Assembly (NCBI GenBank): GCA_963847185.1
Contig: CAWJYV010000008.1
Coordinates: forward strand, 480,001-544,000
Direction: 5' to 3'
DNA from: an uncultured Methanosarcinaceae archaeon
GTDB taxonomy: Archaea > Halobacteriota > Methanosarcinia > Methanosarcinales > Methanosarcinaceae
DNA length: 64,000 nt
Positions 11,080 to 21,934 of the stretch are shown here, in pieces. Position 1 is the stretch's first letter; each line of letters starts with the position of its first letter. The notes beneath the pieces were generated by a model, which did not search any database, was not told where the DNA came from, and was given only the letters and a program-made list of their open reading frames with translations. The position numbers were made by a program, and so were the translations under genes.

Positions 11080-11769
11080 TTATTTCTTGCTTTCCTTTTT
11101 CAGGCACATAAACCAATCAAGACAGTAAATACTCTCTTCTGTTTCTTCAAGTCTTTCTTTTACTTCTAGCATTGAACGAGGAGGTGAAATTATTACATCA
11201 TCTCCTGGCTGCCAGTTTGCCGGAGTTGATACTTCTTCAGCGTCACTTTTCTGCATGGCGCTAACAAGTCTTTTGATTTCCTGCGTATTCCTTCCATTTT
11301 TGATAGGATAGTAAATTATTGCCCTGATTTTTGACTCCGGATCTATGATAAATGCTGCCCTTACAGTCTGGATTTTTGATTCTTTTCGCTGAACCATTCC
11401 GTACTTCTTCACTACTTCCATTCTCAGGTCAGCAATCACAGGGAACTTGATTTCTATCTTTTTCATCCCTTTGTACTCTATTTTTTCCTCAATTCTCTTA
11501 AGCCATGCAATGTGGGAAAAAATACTGTCTACGGAAAGCCCCAGCAGTTCGGTATTCATTTCTTTAAATTCTTCCTGCATACTTGCAAAGGTCATGAATT
11601 CGGTAGTACATACTGGTGTGAAATCTGCAGGATGGCTGAAAAGGATCACCCATTTCCCTCTATAGTCTTCAGGAAAATTGATTGATCCCTGAGTTGTCAC
11701 AGCTTTAAAAGATGGTGCATCTTCCCCAATCAAGGGTATATGTATCTGCTCATACTCCGTTTCTACCAT
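11080..11769 (-). CDS. Peroxiredoxin (archaeal Prx6/TSA type), paralogue 1
   Basis: FSHPADFTPVCTTE, PANWQPG, CLDWFMC; start moved to MVETEYE by alignment with paralogue 2. Confidence 0.93.
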   Translation of the reverse strand: MVETEYEQIHIPLIGEDAPSFKAVTTQGSINFPEDYRGKWVILFSHPADFTPVCTTEFMTFASMQEEFKEMNTELLGLSVDSIFSHIAWLKRIEEKIEYKGMKKIEIKFPVIADLRMEVVKKYGMVQRKESKIQTVRAAFIIDPESKIRAIIYYPIKNGRNTQEIKRLVSAMQKSDAEEVSTPANWQPGDDVIISPPRSMLEVKERLEETEESIYCLDWFMCLKKESKK

Positions 11770-12655
11770 ATTTTCACCTTGTGTTTTCAATGCCCCAATG
11801 CTTCTTGTGTATGGAAACTGCTCCACAGTTATAGAAGCAAAACGCTAGAAGCGCTGCCAGTCCCCTTACTATCCCCTATGCAAATTTTATATTTTTGTTC
11901 TTATATATCTCTTATGATGCACGGAAGAACAGCTTTTCTTGTAGAAAATTTCATTCTTGAATTCTTTATTAAACTCCCTTTTTGAAAACACTTGTTTTAA
12001 ACCCCACAGTTCAGTAAGAAGATATTATTAAGCTCAATTATGCCAAATTTAAGAAGAAGAAGCGTATTTTTCTTTTCTGTCTGCATACAGAAGTTGAAAT
12101 AGAGTTTTATCTTTTAAGAAAGCACGATCGAAAAAATGAGAGAATTTTTATAAAAGAACATCAACTTTCCCTGCCTGCAAACTGCAAGGTTCTGGTTTAT
12201 CTTGGATACTGCTCTATTCTTTAATGATTATTTATTATAAATGATAAATAGTTTTATATACGAGTGTTTCCTTATTTCATTATACATAAAATTGGCATTT
12301 AAGAATTCAGGGTTGGGTATTGAGGGATCATATTTTATTTTTTATTTTTATACTTCGCTTAAGATGATCTTTGGTGAACGAAGTTTTAGACCTTCTTCGG
12401 CCACCCGAAGGGATCTCACATGGGGCAAGAGATCCCTTCCTTCTTATATGGGTTCTTCTTTTTTACATTTATAATTTACTTCTTTTTTATTGTAAGTTTT
12501 ATTGAAATACCCTGTGTTTGACACTCCCTGATTTCTAATATGTTAAACTGGTTTATTTCTTCAATAAAATAAACTGATGACCTCAAAACTAAACCTTTGA
12601 TTAAGCTTTCACAGAATTCTTATGTCTAAAAAATAAAAAAAGTTGAATTTTCAGA

Positions 12656-13345
12656 TTATTTTTTGCTATCTTTCTTCAGGGCCAAAAACCAGTCAAGACA
12701 ATTGACTCCTTCTCCTGGGTTTTCAAGCCTTTCTTTGACTCCCTCCATTGAGTTCGGCGCTGGAATTATTACGTCTTCACCTGGCTGCCAGTTTGCCGGG
12801 GTTGCAACTTTTTCATTTTCATTTTTCTGCAGGGCAATCAGGAGCCGCTTGATTTCCTGCATATTTCTTCCTGCTGACAGCGGATAATAGAGAACTGCTC
12901 TAACTTTTGCCTCGGGATCTATAATAAATACAGCTCTCACAGCCTGTGTGGTTGATGCATTTGGCTGCACCATACCGTATTTTTTCGCAACATCCATCTT
13001 CAGGTCAGCAATTAGCGGGAACTTGACTTCTACATTTTTCATTCCTTTGTACTCTATTTTCTCCTCAATCCTCTTAAGCCAGGCAATATGTGAGAAAACG
13101 CTGTCTATGGAAAGTCCTATAAGTTCAGTATTCATATTTCTGAACTCTTCCTGCATACTGGCAAAAGTCATGAATTCGGTAGTACATACTGGTGTAAAAT
13201 CTGCAGGATGGCTGAAAAGGATTACCCATTTACCTTTGTAATCTTCCGGAAAGTTGATTTGTCCCTGAGTTGTCACTGCCGTAAAAGAGGGCGCATCGTC
13301 TCCAATAAGAGGCATACGTATCTGTTCATACTCCATTTCTACCAT
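12656..13345 (-). CDS. Peroxiredoxin (archaeal Prx6/TSA type), paralogue 2
   Basis: Same motifs, CLDWFLA ending; start MVEMEYE preceded by GGTGA RBS. Confidence 0.93.
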   Translation of the reverse strand: MVEMEYEQIRMPLIGDDAPSFTAVTTQGQINFPEDYKGKWVILFSHPADFTPVCTTEFMTFASMQEEFRNMNTELIGLSIDSVFSHIAWLKRIEEKIEYKGMKNVEVKFPLIADLKMDVAKKYGMVQPNASTTQAVRAVFIIDPEAKVRAVLYYPLSAGRNMQEIKRLLIALQKNENEKVATPANWQPGEDVIIPAPNSMEGVKERLENPGEGVNCLDWFLALKKDSKK

Positions 13346-13777
13346 ATTCTCACCTATATTCATTCCATTGAGTGCGTACTGAAAGAAAACACAGCTTTTT
13401 AGGGTTTGGAGACTGAATTCAGGTTTTTTGGGTAAAGCTTTGAAAGTATTTCCCTTCTTCTTTGTCTCCACAACTATCTATGGTTATTTCCATTCTTATA
13501 TATCTCTTCCGAAAAACGGACAAAAATACTCTCTCGCTGGAAATTCTGTTCCTTAAACGCCATCGTCTGCTTATTTTTTATGTGAATGAGAAAGGTTATG
13601 AATCTATTTTTCAACCCCTATATTTTCTAAGTTAATTATTTTTTAAAATATGTGTTTTAATCGGGGTTTGGACACATTAGAACATTCTAACTTAATATTT
13701 TTAAAAATGGAGTTCTCTTAATACTTCTTTCTCGAAAGTAATTTATGTTAGTAGTTCTTTTCTTATATGGGGTTCAA

Positions 13778-14758
13778 ATGAGAGAGTTTTCCAGGCCAAA
13801 AGTTGTAGTTAGTAAATGCCTTGAGTTTGACCGCTGCCGATATAATGGGGATATGATCAGCAGTCCAATAGTGTCAAAACTTAAGGAATATGTATCTTTC
13901 CTGCCTGTTTGCGCGGAAGTGGAGATAGGGCTAGGTGTCCCAAGAAATCCAGTGAGAATAGTTCTTGATAAGGGAGAATACCGGCTTGTTCAGCCTGCAA
14001 CTGGTAAGGATGTAACCGAAGATATGAAGGCTTTTTGTACTGATTTTCTTGATTCGGTAGGAGAGGTTGACGGCTTTATTCTAAAATTCAGGTCTCCTTC
14101 CTGCGGGCTTAAAGATGTAAAAGTTTACCCCTCCGCAGGTAAGTCAGGGGCAATTGAGAAAAAATCCGGATATTTTGGGGGAGAAGTCCTGAAAAGATAT
14201 CCTTTTTTGCCTATTGAAGATGAAGGAAGGCTCAGAAATGCCCGTATAAAAGAGCATTTCCTGACAAAGCTTTTTTTATTTGCTTCTTTTCAGAAAATAA
14301 AACTCGAGGGTAGTATGAAGGATCTCATAAGGTTTCATACCGAAAACAAGTATCTTCTCATGGCTTACAGCCAGGCAGAACTCCGGAAACTGGGAGTGAT
14401 TGTTGCAAATAAAGAAAACAAACCCTTTAAAGAATTGATTTCCGATTACGAAGCACATCTTTACGTTGCTTTAACAAGACCTCCAAAATACACTTCAAAC
14501 ATTAACGTGCTCATGCATGCTCTCGGGCATTTTTCAGACAAGCTTTCAAGCGGAGAAAAAGCCCTGTTTTTTGACTGGATTCAGAAATACAGGGAAGGAA
14601 AAACATCTCTTTGCCCGGCAATAAATACAATCAGGTCATGGATAGTACGCTTTGAAGACCAATACCTTATGCATCAGACCTTTTTTGAGCCGTACCCGGA
14701 AGGGTTGATGGAAATAGACCCGATAAACTCCCACCTGAGGCAAGATCTCTGGAAATAA
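13778..14758 (+). CDS. DUF523 + DUF1722 (YbbK/YbgA; 2-thiouracil desulfurase-like) protein
   Basis: VSKCL...CRYNG, PVCAEVEIGLGVPR, SPSCG, EDEGRL; start at MREFSRPK. Confidence 0.88.
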   Translation: MREFSRPKVVVSKCLEFDRCRYNGDMISSPIVSKLKEYVSFLPVCAEVEIGLGVPRNPVRIVLDKGEYRLVQPATGKDVTEDMKAFCTDFLDSVGEVDGFILKFRSPSCGLKDVKVYPSAGKSGAIEKKSGYFGGEVLKRYPFLPIEDEGRLRNARIKEHFLTKLFLFASFQKIKLEGSMKDLIRFHTENKYLLMAYSQAELRKLGVIVANKENKPFKELISDYEAHLYVALTRPPKYTSNINVLMHALGHFSDKLSSGEKALFFDWIQKYREGKTSLCPAINTIRSWIVRFEDQYLMHQTFFEPYPEGLMEIDPINSHLRQDLWK

Positions 14759-14809
14759 GTCCTATTAGACAACCATTAAACCATACGCTTCTGGATGAGG
14801 GGATATTTG

Positions 14810-15898
14810 ATGAAAATCGAAGTAAAATTGTTGTTCTTATTTTTACTCTTCTCTCTGCTCTGGGTTTTTCTATTCTGGCCCAATTCTGAGATTTCAAAGG
14901 AGTTTGATAGAGAGATAGGGGAAAGTTTTCTTGAAACATATACTGTAAAGCTTGAATCCCCCGCTACCCTGATCTCAGAAGATCAGGTAAACTCCGAAAG
15001 ACTGTCCCGAACTTATTCCTGGGATTATGACGAATACCGCTGGCATCTTTCTCTAGCTCTTGACGATAATCTTTATGATCTGTATAGCTCAAGAACAAGA
15101 AACAGAGATTATGATCTGTTTGCTTCGGACCCTTACGATGACTGGTTAATTGAAAATATTGCAGATACTCTTTATTCTCTCTCCAGAGAATACGGGCTTG
15201 AAGAATGCAAAGTTCCGGAACTTTGTGTATCCTTTGTTCAGTCCTTAAACTACACGTCCGATATTACAAGTTCGGGCTTTGACCAGTACCCCCGTTTTCC
15301 CTATGAAACCCTTTATGAGAATGGTGGAGATTGTGAAGATACCTCTATTCTTTCTGCGGCAATTCTTCAGGAGATGGGCTATGATGTTGTTCTTCTGGAA
15401 CTTCCAGAGCATATGGCTATCGGGATAAAGTGCGACAATGAAAATGAAGGGGAGAGTTTCGAATACGAAGGCAAAGATTATTACTATCTGGAAACTACAG
15501 GCAGCAGCTGGAGGATAGGGGAAATTCCTGAGAAATATGCAGACCAGCCTGTAAAAATAATTCCTGTGTACAGAAGACCCCTGATGAATCTTGATTTCCG
15601 AGCTCAATGTGAATACTCAAAAAAAGATGGAGTTGTAGATGTTAACGTCACTCTGAGAAATGTGGGCTCGGAAACAGCGAAAAATACAACTGTTTATGTT
15701 GCTCTTCAGGCTGCAGACGAGGTGAGTGTGTGGGACGATGTTAATAGTTCTTCCATAACTCTCGAGCCTGAAGGAATTTATAATTATACTGCAACCGGAC
15801 TCACTGTTCCTGCAGGAAAAACCTTCAGGGTGTACGTACAGACACAGGGAGAAAACCTGCTTTCTGAGAACATAACCAGCGAGTGGGTTAAAGTTTGA
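14810..15898 (+). CDS. Secreted or membrane-anchored transglutaminase-like protein
   Basis: N-terminal hydrophobic segment; PYETL...GDCED, HMAIGI, YYYLETT. Confidence 0.75.
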   Translation: MKIEVKLLFLFLLFSLLWVFLFWPNSEISKEFDREIGESFLETYTVKLESPATLISEDQVNSERLSRTYSWDYDEYRWHLSLALDDNLYDLYSSRTRNRDYDLFASDPYDDWLIENIADTLYSLSREYGLEECKVPELCVSFVQSLNYTSDITSSGFDQYPRFPYETLYENGGDCEDTSILSAAILQEMGYDVVLLELPEHMAIGIKCDNENEGESFEYEGKDYYYLETTGSSWRIGEIPEKYADQPVKIIPVYRRPLMNLDFRAQCEYSKKDGVVDVNVTLRNVGSETAKNTTVYVALQAADEVSVWDDVNSSSITLEPEGIYNYTATGLTVPAGKTFRVYVQTQGENLLSENITSEWVKV

Positions 15899-16010
15899 AA
15901 AATCCCTTTTTGCCAAATCCTGTGAGTTACTTATAAATCATATATCCACGAATTATAATGGTAAGGTAAATCGATTATTCAATAACTCTACAATATTTTG
16001 GGGTGGTTAA

Positions 16011-16199
16011 ATGGATAGACTATACAGATCTAAAACTAACAGGATTATTGCAGGGATATGTGGTGGTTTAGGAGACTATTTTAAAGTTGACCCAACACTT
16101 ATAAGGCTGCTATGGGTCCTTCTCACTCTATCCGGTGGGGCAGGATTGGTTGCTTATATTATTGCCTGGGCTATAATCCCTGAAGAACCTTCAGTATAA
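16011..16199 (+). CDS. PspC domain protein
   Basis: RLYRS..RIIAGICGGLGDYF.VDPTLIR...YIIAWAIIPEE. Confidence 0.92.
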   Translation: MDRLYRSKTNRIIAGICGGLGDYFKVDPTLIRLLWVLLTLSGGAGLVAYIIAWAIIPEEPSV

Positions 16200-16328
16200 A
16201 AAAGCAATGCTTTTTGTTTCCTATGTTGCATCTTTGCAATTAATGTTTAGATGAGTTTTAAAAAATAGTCTTCCAGAAAAGTTTCTGGAAGTTTACTGTT
16301 TGTTGATCATTTAAAGCCTGGATTCCTT

Positions 16329-17618
16329 TTACTGATTAAAAAGTTGATCCACAAACCACTCAGGATCAAACTTTTTCAAATCCTCATAACCCTGTCCTAC
16401 TCCAAAAAAGAGAATAGGCTTACCTGTGATGTAAGCAATGGATATAGCTGCTCCACCTTTGGCATCAGCATCGATTTTTGTCAGAATGGACCCATCGATT
16501 GGCACGGCTTCGTTGAACTGAGCAGCCCTTTCGACTGCATCATTTCCTGCAACTGCTTCATCTACGAATAGTATAAGGTCTGGAGTGCTTACTCTGCAAA
16601 TCTTCTCCATCTGTGCCATAAGATTAAGGTTTGTATGCATGCGGCCGGCTGTGTCTGAGAGCACGAAATCGATTTTATGGGCTTTTGCATACTGTATTGC
16701 ATCGTAAATTACTGCTGCAGGGTCAGCCCCAGATTGATGTTTGATCATTTTCACTCCCAACCTGTCTGCATGAATCCCCAGCTGGTCAATTGCACCTGCT
16801 CTGAAAGTATCTCCTGCCGCCAGAACTACGGAATACCCTGACTTGAGCAGCCTGTGAGTCATTTTTGAGATTGATGTTGTTTTTCCTGTCCCGTTAATTC
16901 CAACAAAAACAATATGGACAGGTTTTTCTTTGCTTTTTATGCATTCATCAAAATCATAGAAATTGGCAGATACTACGTCCATAATAGCTTTTTTCAGGGC
17001 TTCTTCTACAATTTCTCCGGTATTGCTTCCAAGATGTTTTGTGGTGCCTGTAAGCTGATCTTTTACGGATTTTGTAATGGCTTCGGAGACTGAGAGGGCA
17101 AGGTCGCTTTCCAGAAGTCCCATTTCAAGTTCCCAGAGGGGTTCTTCAAGGTCTTTCTCATCCAGATAAACCTCTCTGCTAAAGACAAGAGCTTTTGCCT
17201 TCTGTGCAAACCCAACTTTTGAGACTTTTTTGAAAAAAGATTTTTTCTCTTCAGGTACTTTTTCTTCTTCCTGTTTCTCTTCTCGCTTATTCTGTATATC
17301 CTTCTTTCTTTCTTCAAGTTTTTTCCTGTACTCTGCTTTTTTTCTGTCTTCTTCTTTCTCTACAGGTACAGGTGTAGCCATTACAGGTTCTGCATGTTTG
17401 ACTTCGGGACGTTCCTCTTCCAGAGGCGTTTCAATAGCTTCCTCTTCTAAAATGGGCTCAGCATCTTCTTCAAAGACCTCATCTCCAAGGCTTTCTTCTG
17501 TCTGAGGTTCGGGTTCTTCTACAGGCTCGACAGCTACGGCTTTGTCATCAATGGTTTTGCTGAGCGTCTTTTTAAAAATCCCAAGTTTCTCTTTAATTTT
17601 GTTGAACACAGGATCCAT
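16329..17618 (-). CDS. ftsY: SRP receptor FtsY
   Basis: Acidic N-terminus, GINGTGKTT, DTFRAGA, DTAGR, TKIDADAKGG. Confidence 0.97.
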   Translation of the reverse strand: MDPVFNKIKEKLGIFKKTLSKTIDDKAVAVEPVEEPEPQTEESLGDEVFEEDAEPILEEEAIETPLEEERPEVKHAEPVMATPVPVEKEEDRKKAEYRKKLEERKKDIQNKREEKQEEEKVPEEKKSFFKKVSKVGFAQKAKALVFSREVYLDEKDLEEPLWELEMGLLESDLALSVSEAITKSVKDQLTGTTKHLGSNTGEIVEEALKKAIMDVVSANFYDFDECIKSKEKPVHIVFVGINGTGKTTSISKMTHRLLKSGYSVVLAAGDTFRAGAIDQLGIHADRLGVKMIKHQSGADPAAVIYDAIQYAKAHKIDFVLSDTAGRMHTNLNLMAQMEKICRVSTPDLILFVDEAVAGNDAVERAAQFNEAVPIDGSILTKIDADAKGGAAISIAYITGKPILFFGVGQGYEDLKKFDPEWFVDQLFNQ

Positions 17619-17759
17619 CCCAAAAAAGTTCAGTAAAAAATAAGTAATTGATAATTAGACTTATATAATTAATTATTCTAAGTGAAAGAGTTTTGCTCTC
17701 AAAAAGATTTTGAGCTATTGAGCTCTTTAACAGGTTTTTTACCTGAGCCGGATCTCTTC

Positions 17760-18191
17760 TCAGGCCTGGCCAGGTTGCTGAAGTTTTTCAGCTTCAGCTT
17801 CCAGGACCTGCATACCCTGTACGTATTTAGTCAGTGAAGCGTTCATCTGTTCAAAAATTTTCGTAAGCTGTTCTTTGCGGCGGTTCAGGGTTTCAATGGC
17901 TTCATCTGCTGTTCTCTCTGCGCTGAAGCCTGCTCCGAGATTTACAAGGACCCTGTCTGCATTTTTTATTTCGGCATGAACATATGAGCCAAAACCTACC
18001 GGAACCATCGTTTCGGCGATCTTGCCTTCCGCTGAGGCTGCTTTAAGTTCATTGATGGTTACGATTGCCTGGTCACAGCTTGAAACGGAAGCCTGGACCA
18101 TATTCATTTCCTGCTTCAGACCTTCGGCCTGTCTCTGGAATTCCTGATACCTTGCTGCCAGATTCCTGACATCTTCACTGACTTCTGCCAT
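17760..18191 (-). CDS. pfdA: Prefoldin subunit alpha
   Basis: Coiled coils flanking MVPVGFG / VLVNLGAG hairpins; conserved context. Confidence 0.93.
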   Translation of the reverse strand: MAEVSEDVRNLAARYQEFQRQAEGLKQEMNMVQASVSSCDQAIVTINELKAASAEGKIAETMVPVGFGSYVHAEIKNADRVLVNLGAGFSAERTADEAIETLNRRKEQLTKIFEQMNASLTKYVQGMQVLEAEAEKLQQPGQA

Positions 18192-18196
18192 ATCCT

Positions 18197-18373
18197 TCAC
18201 TCCTCAACGATACTTTCGATCTGGATCTGGCTTCTTTTAATACTGTGCCTGCTTCCAAAGACAGAATAAACTTTATCTTTTGCGTTCTTTTCATTCTGAC
18301 TTTCGACATTCTTTGTGAATTTTTCCCAGTTACTTCCTGCTTTAAACTTACCTTTGACAACGAAATTCTTCAT
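18197..18373 (-). CDS. rpl18a: 50S ribosomal protein L18Ae (LX)
   Basis: [26 protein letters not shown]. Confidence 0.9.
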   Translation of the reverse strand: MKNFVVKGKFKAGSNWEKFTKNVESQNEKNAKDKVYSVFGSRHSIKRSQIQIESIVEE

Positions 18374-18427
18374 CTTGGTCACCACTCTTGCTGTAGCTTT
18401 ATTCCGGAACAGATGGATAATTGATGT

Positions 18428-19087
18428 TCACTCTATGAATCCGAGTGCTTCTTCGATTCTCCCTAGTTCGGGTCCTGTAGTGTCTGAACCTGCTAAATAG
18501 TTCTTTGAATTTGCGAGCAGGCCTGAACCGAGCATCTGTGTCCCGAAATTAGTAGTCCCTATATTTACCGGAAGCCCAAAGATATTTTCCAGCATTTCCC
18601 TTTCTGAAGATGTCACTTTAGGATGCACCAGAAGCCCTTTGTTGGTGACAACTCCTGCCATCCCAACATTCTTTATTCCGGCAATTGTACCTCTATATAC
18701 TTCGACCTTAAGGGTTCTGGCAATATTCTCAATGGCCCTGTCTGAAAGTTCGGGATGCACGATAGCTGCAGAATCGTTTGCAAGAACGATATTTCCTACT
18801 GCATTAATCTTATCGGGAAAAATCTCAACATGAACTCCAGTTAGTTCTTGCATTTCCCTGGCATCGGTTCCGTGTGAAAAAAGGAAGCCGTTTGAGTTTC
18901 CTCTGGAAAGAGCTCCCACAACTACGCTCCCGTTCACAAGAGTCTCAATGACTCTTACATCAAGCGAATCCCCAATTATGGCACAGACCTCGGGGTTTGT
19001 CCGGGTAGGGACGAGAGCAACGTCTTCTGTGCAGGTTGCAAAAACCCCAATCATTGGGGTATCGTAGATATCCACTGTTCGAATCAT
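18428..19087 (-). CDS. eif6: Translation initiation factor 6
   Basis: [33 protein letters not shown]. Confidence 0.95.
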   Translation of the reverse strand: MIRTVDIYDTPMIGVFATCTEDVALVPTRTNPEVCAIIGDSLDVRVIETLVNGSVVVGALSRGNSNGFLFSHGTDAREMQELTGVHVEIFPDKINAVGNIVLANDSAAIVHPELSDRAIENIARTLKVEVYRGTIAGIKNVGMAGVVTNKGLLVHPKVTSSEREMLENIFGLPVNIGTTNFGTQMLGSGLLANSKNYLAGSDTTGPELGRIEEALGFIE

Positions 19088-19119
19088 ATTCTTGAAGCTT
19101 CGCATTTTTCTTTTATTTT

Positions 19120-19389
19120 TTATTTAGCGAGTTCTGCCTGTAACTCGCCATCTGCGAATTTTACAGCTCTGACCCGGATGGAGAGAGGGGGCTTTTCACA
19201 GCCTTTTTCCCATAGGCATTCATTAATGGATTTGTCTAACTTTATCTTTATAGCCTCAACCTTCATATGCCTGACGAGAAAATTCCGTACCTCAATAACT
19301 GCCCTGTTGGCCCTTTTCCATGAAGGTACTTTCCTTGCTTCCCTTAGAGGGATAGTATATATCTGTTCTTTTACCATGTCGTCTGCCAT
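19120..19389 (-). CDS. rpl31e: 50S ribosomal protein L31e
   Basis: [25 protein letters not shown]. Confidence 0.95.
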   Translation of the reverse strand: MADDMVKEQIYTIPLREARKVPSWKRANRAVIEVRNFLVRHMKVEAIKIKLDKSINECLWEKGCEKPPLSIRVRAVKFADGELQAELAK

Positions 19390-19408
19390 TTTTTCCCACC
19401 TACCTCGC

Positions 19409-19612
<204 letters not shown>

Positions 19613-19834
19613 TTATATCTGATAATTAGCTGATTGTGATCTCAACCCTTCTATAATTGCAGTTTTACCCCGCCGAATTAAACGGTAATTTTTGAATCCA
19701 TATCCGGCAAATCTGATAAGGGTTTTAGTTAATCTGCAGCAGTATAAGGGTTGAATATAACTCGATTATCGTATAAATCTTTATTCCAGAATTTCCCTTT
19801 CGGGCAGACTTCCTTATTTTCAAATATTTCCTTT

Positions 19835-20437
19835 TCAGGATAGTTTTTTCCTCGAAAGCACATGAGACTGGATGTGGGCAGGAAATAATTTTTTAATTTC
19901 CTCTATCCCGTGTCTCTGTCTTATTAATTCCCTTAGTTCGGCTTCGTAGTCTGCCTTTTGAGTACTCTCACTTGGCCCTTCTTCAATTTTCAGATAGCGT
20001 TCGACAAGAATACCGATGGTTTTTTTATTATATCCTTTCAGAGGACAGGTGTATTGAATTCCTAATCGGTCCTCAATACTCCGTATCTGTGAAATTGAAA
20101 GCACAGGAACTCTGTCATCCCTTCTTGTCCCGTCAGCAATTATTTTTACTTCCGGATCCGAAGCAAGGGTTTCTACAGCTTTTTCGTGGATATAATTGAT
20201 AGCACTTTTTGGGAAACCCTCTTTTATTATTTTCCCATAAGCCGTTTCAAGGATTTCTTTTTCCAGAGAGAGAATCCTGTGTGGAAAACCCAGTTCTTTT
20301 GCAGTTTTTGCCGCTAACTCCCAGTTGGGAAGCAAACCGAAACTGCAGGTTACAAGTTCTATCTCAAAAAACGGCTCCATCAAGAGGGCAGAAAGCGAGC
20401 TGTCCTTGCCTCCACTAAAGAGGACAGAGATTCTCAT
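19835..20437 (-). CDS. PP-loop adenine nucleotide alpha-hydrolase family protein
   Basis: VLFSGGKDSSL, ADGTRRDDRVP, DYEAELR. Confidence 0.85.
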   Translation of the reverse strand: MRISVLFSGGKDSSLSALLMEPFFEIELVTCSFGLLPNWELAAKTAKELGFPHRILSLEKEILETAYGKIIKEGFPKSAINYIHEKAVETLASDPEVKIIADGTRRDDRVPVLSISQIRSIEDRLGIQYTCPLKGYNKKTIGILVERYLKIEEGPSESTQKADYEAELRELIRQRHGIEEIKKLFPAHIQSHVLSRKKLS

Positions 20438-20442
20438 TGTAC

Positions 20443-20802
20443 TTAAACCCTGGTTATGGATGTCTTACGTTTTTTTGGCTGCATCTTCGCAAGAAGCGTT
20501 TTAAGCTGTTCGTCGGTGATTTGAGACTGAAGCCTTCCACTCTGAGCAAGCGAAATTAGCTGCATTTCGAGCTGTTCTCCAAGAGAAGGTCTTGACATCT
20601 TCAGGGTTGTCATGCGTTCTCTGGCCTCAGGAGTCAGGATTTGCCTCAGGATAGCCTGCTTCTGAGCATCCATCTCGGCTCTGGCCTGTTCCTGCTGGTA
20701 AGCTGCCTGTATGTCAGACGGCTGGTTCTGCGCTTGCTGTTTCTGGATGTCGGCAAGCCGTCTCTTTCGGATTTCTTCGAGTTCATCATCCATCGTAGGC
20801 AT
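20443..20802 (-). CDS. PDCD5-like DNA-binding protein
   Basis: DDELEEIRKRRL, ILTPEARER, ITDEQLK. Confidence 0.92.
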   Translation of the reverse strand: MPTMDDELEEIRKRRLADIQKQQAQNQPSDIQAAYQQEQARAEMDAQKQAILRQILTPEARERMTTLKMSRPSLGEQLEMQLISLAQSGRLQSQITDEQLKTLLAKMQPKKRKTSITRV

Positions 20803-20917
20803 GGAAATCACCAAAAGACCGGTTTTTCGGAGTATTCTGGATAAGATTTGATATTCGATTTAATCTGTTTGAAAGGGAGCCCTGAACATTTCATGCCCCT
20901 CTCCAAAGGATTTTTCT

Positions 20918-21367
20918 TCAGTATTTTGCAAGCTCAGGCATCTTCTCAAGAAGTTCATGCTTCAGTTCATTGGCTGCGTTGTCAAGCATGGAACGCCCTT
21001 TTGGAGAAACAGTCCTTCCGTTCTTTATCTTCTGCAGAAAACCTGCTGCTTCAAGCTGCTGTACTGCCTTTCTGGCAATCGAACCACTGCCTTTTGCTTT
21101 GTGGCTTGGCTGTGATCCTTTGTCCTTCTTTCCGCCGTATACGGATCGAAGCCTTTCAATTCCTACAGGTCCATCGGTGTAGATCTTCCTGAGAATTGCA
21201 GCACATCTTATGTACCACCAGTTGTCTGCGGTTGGTGGAAGTTCTTTGTGAACTCCGGTCTTTACGTTCTCTGCCCATTCAGGGGGAACAACATTTTCAT
21301 TTTCCTTTAGAATGTCTGCAACCTTTCCGATAAATTCTGTTGCAGGGACATCGAATACTGTAGTCAT
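20918..21367 (-). CDS. rps19e: 30S ribosomal protein S19e
   Basis: [28 protein letters not shown]. Confidence 0.97.
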   Translation of the reverse strand: MTTVFDVPATEFIGKVADILKENENVVPPEWAENVKTGVHKELPPTADNWWYIRCAAILRKIYTDGPVGIERLRSVYGGKKDKGSQPSHKAKGSGSIARKAVQQLEAAGFLQKIKNGRTVSPKGRSMLDNAANELKHELLEKMPELAKY

Positions 21368-21934
21368 GTAGATTAGCTCCTGTCAAGTTTTTACTTTTGC
21401 AGGCCGCAGGCGATAGAGCCGATTCTCTCCCCTGACCTGTCAGAAGTATGGTTTTCTCCCGAAACGAGGTAACTCTTTCTCTTTTCGAGAAGTCCTTTGC
21501 TGATCTTCGTAGCTGGACTGGACTCTGAGGATTTGGACCATATGGCCCGATAATGCCGGTAAATGTGATTTAGTTTGAATTGGAAAGACGTTGATACATT
21601 TTATTAGATACTGTGTCTAGGTAATCATATATATATTACACAGCTATATCCCACAGGCGATTTTGCAGTATGAAAAGTTCAGAACCGAAAAACAACCCAT
21701 AATGTATCAAACTGGCTTTTGTCGATTAATACGACTGCCAACACTGAGCGTAATTACCCTCAAGCTATAAAAGCATTTTGTGAATTTACATAAAAAATGC
21801 CAGGTGAGCACATTCTGGAAGCCGAGGAGGAAATTGAATCCGGTGTCTTGCCGAGACAACGAAAAACTAAAAGGTATCTACTCAATTTCAAGAAGCATCT
21901 TGAAGAACAAGGTTTAGCTCCCTGTGACCGTTAA

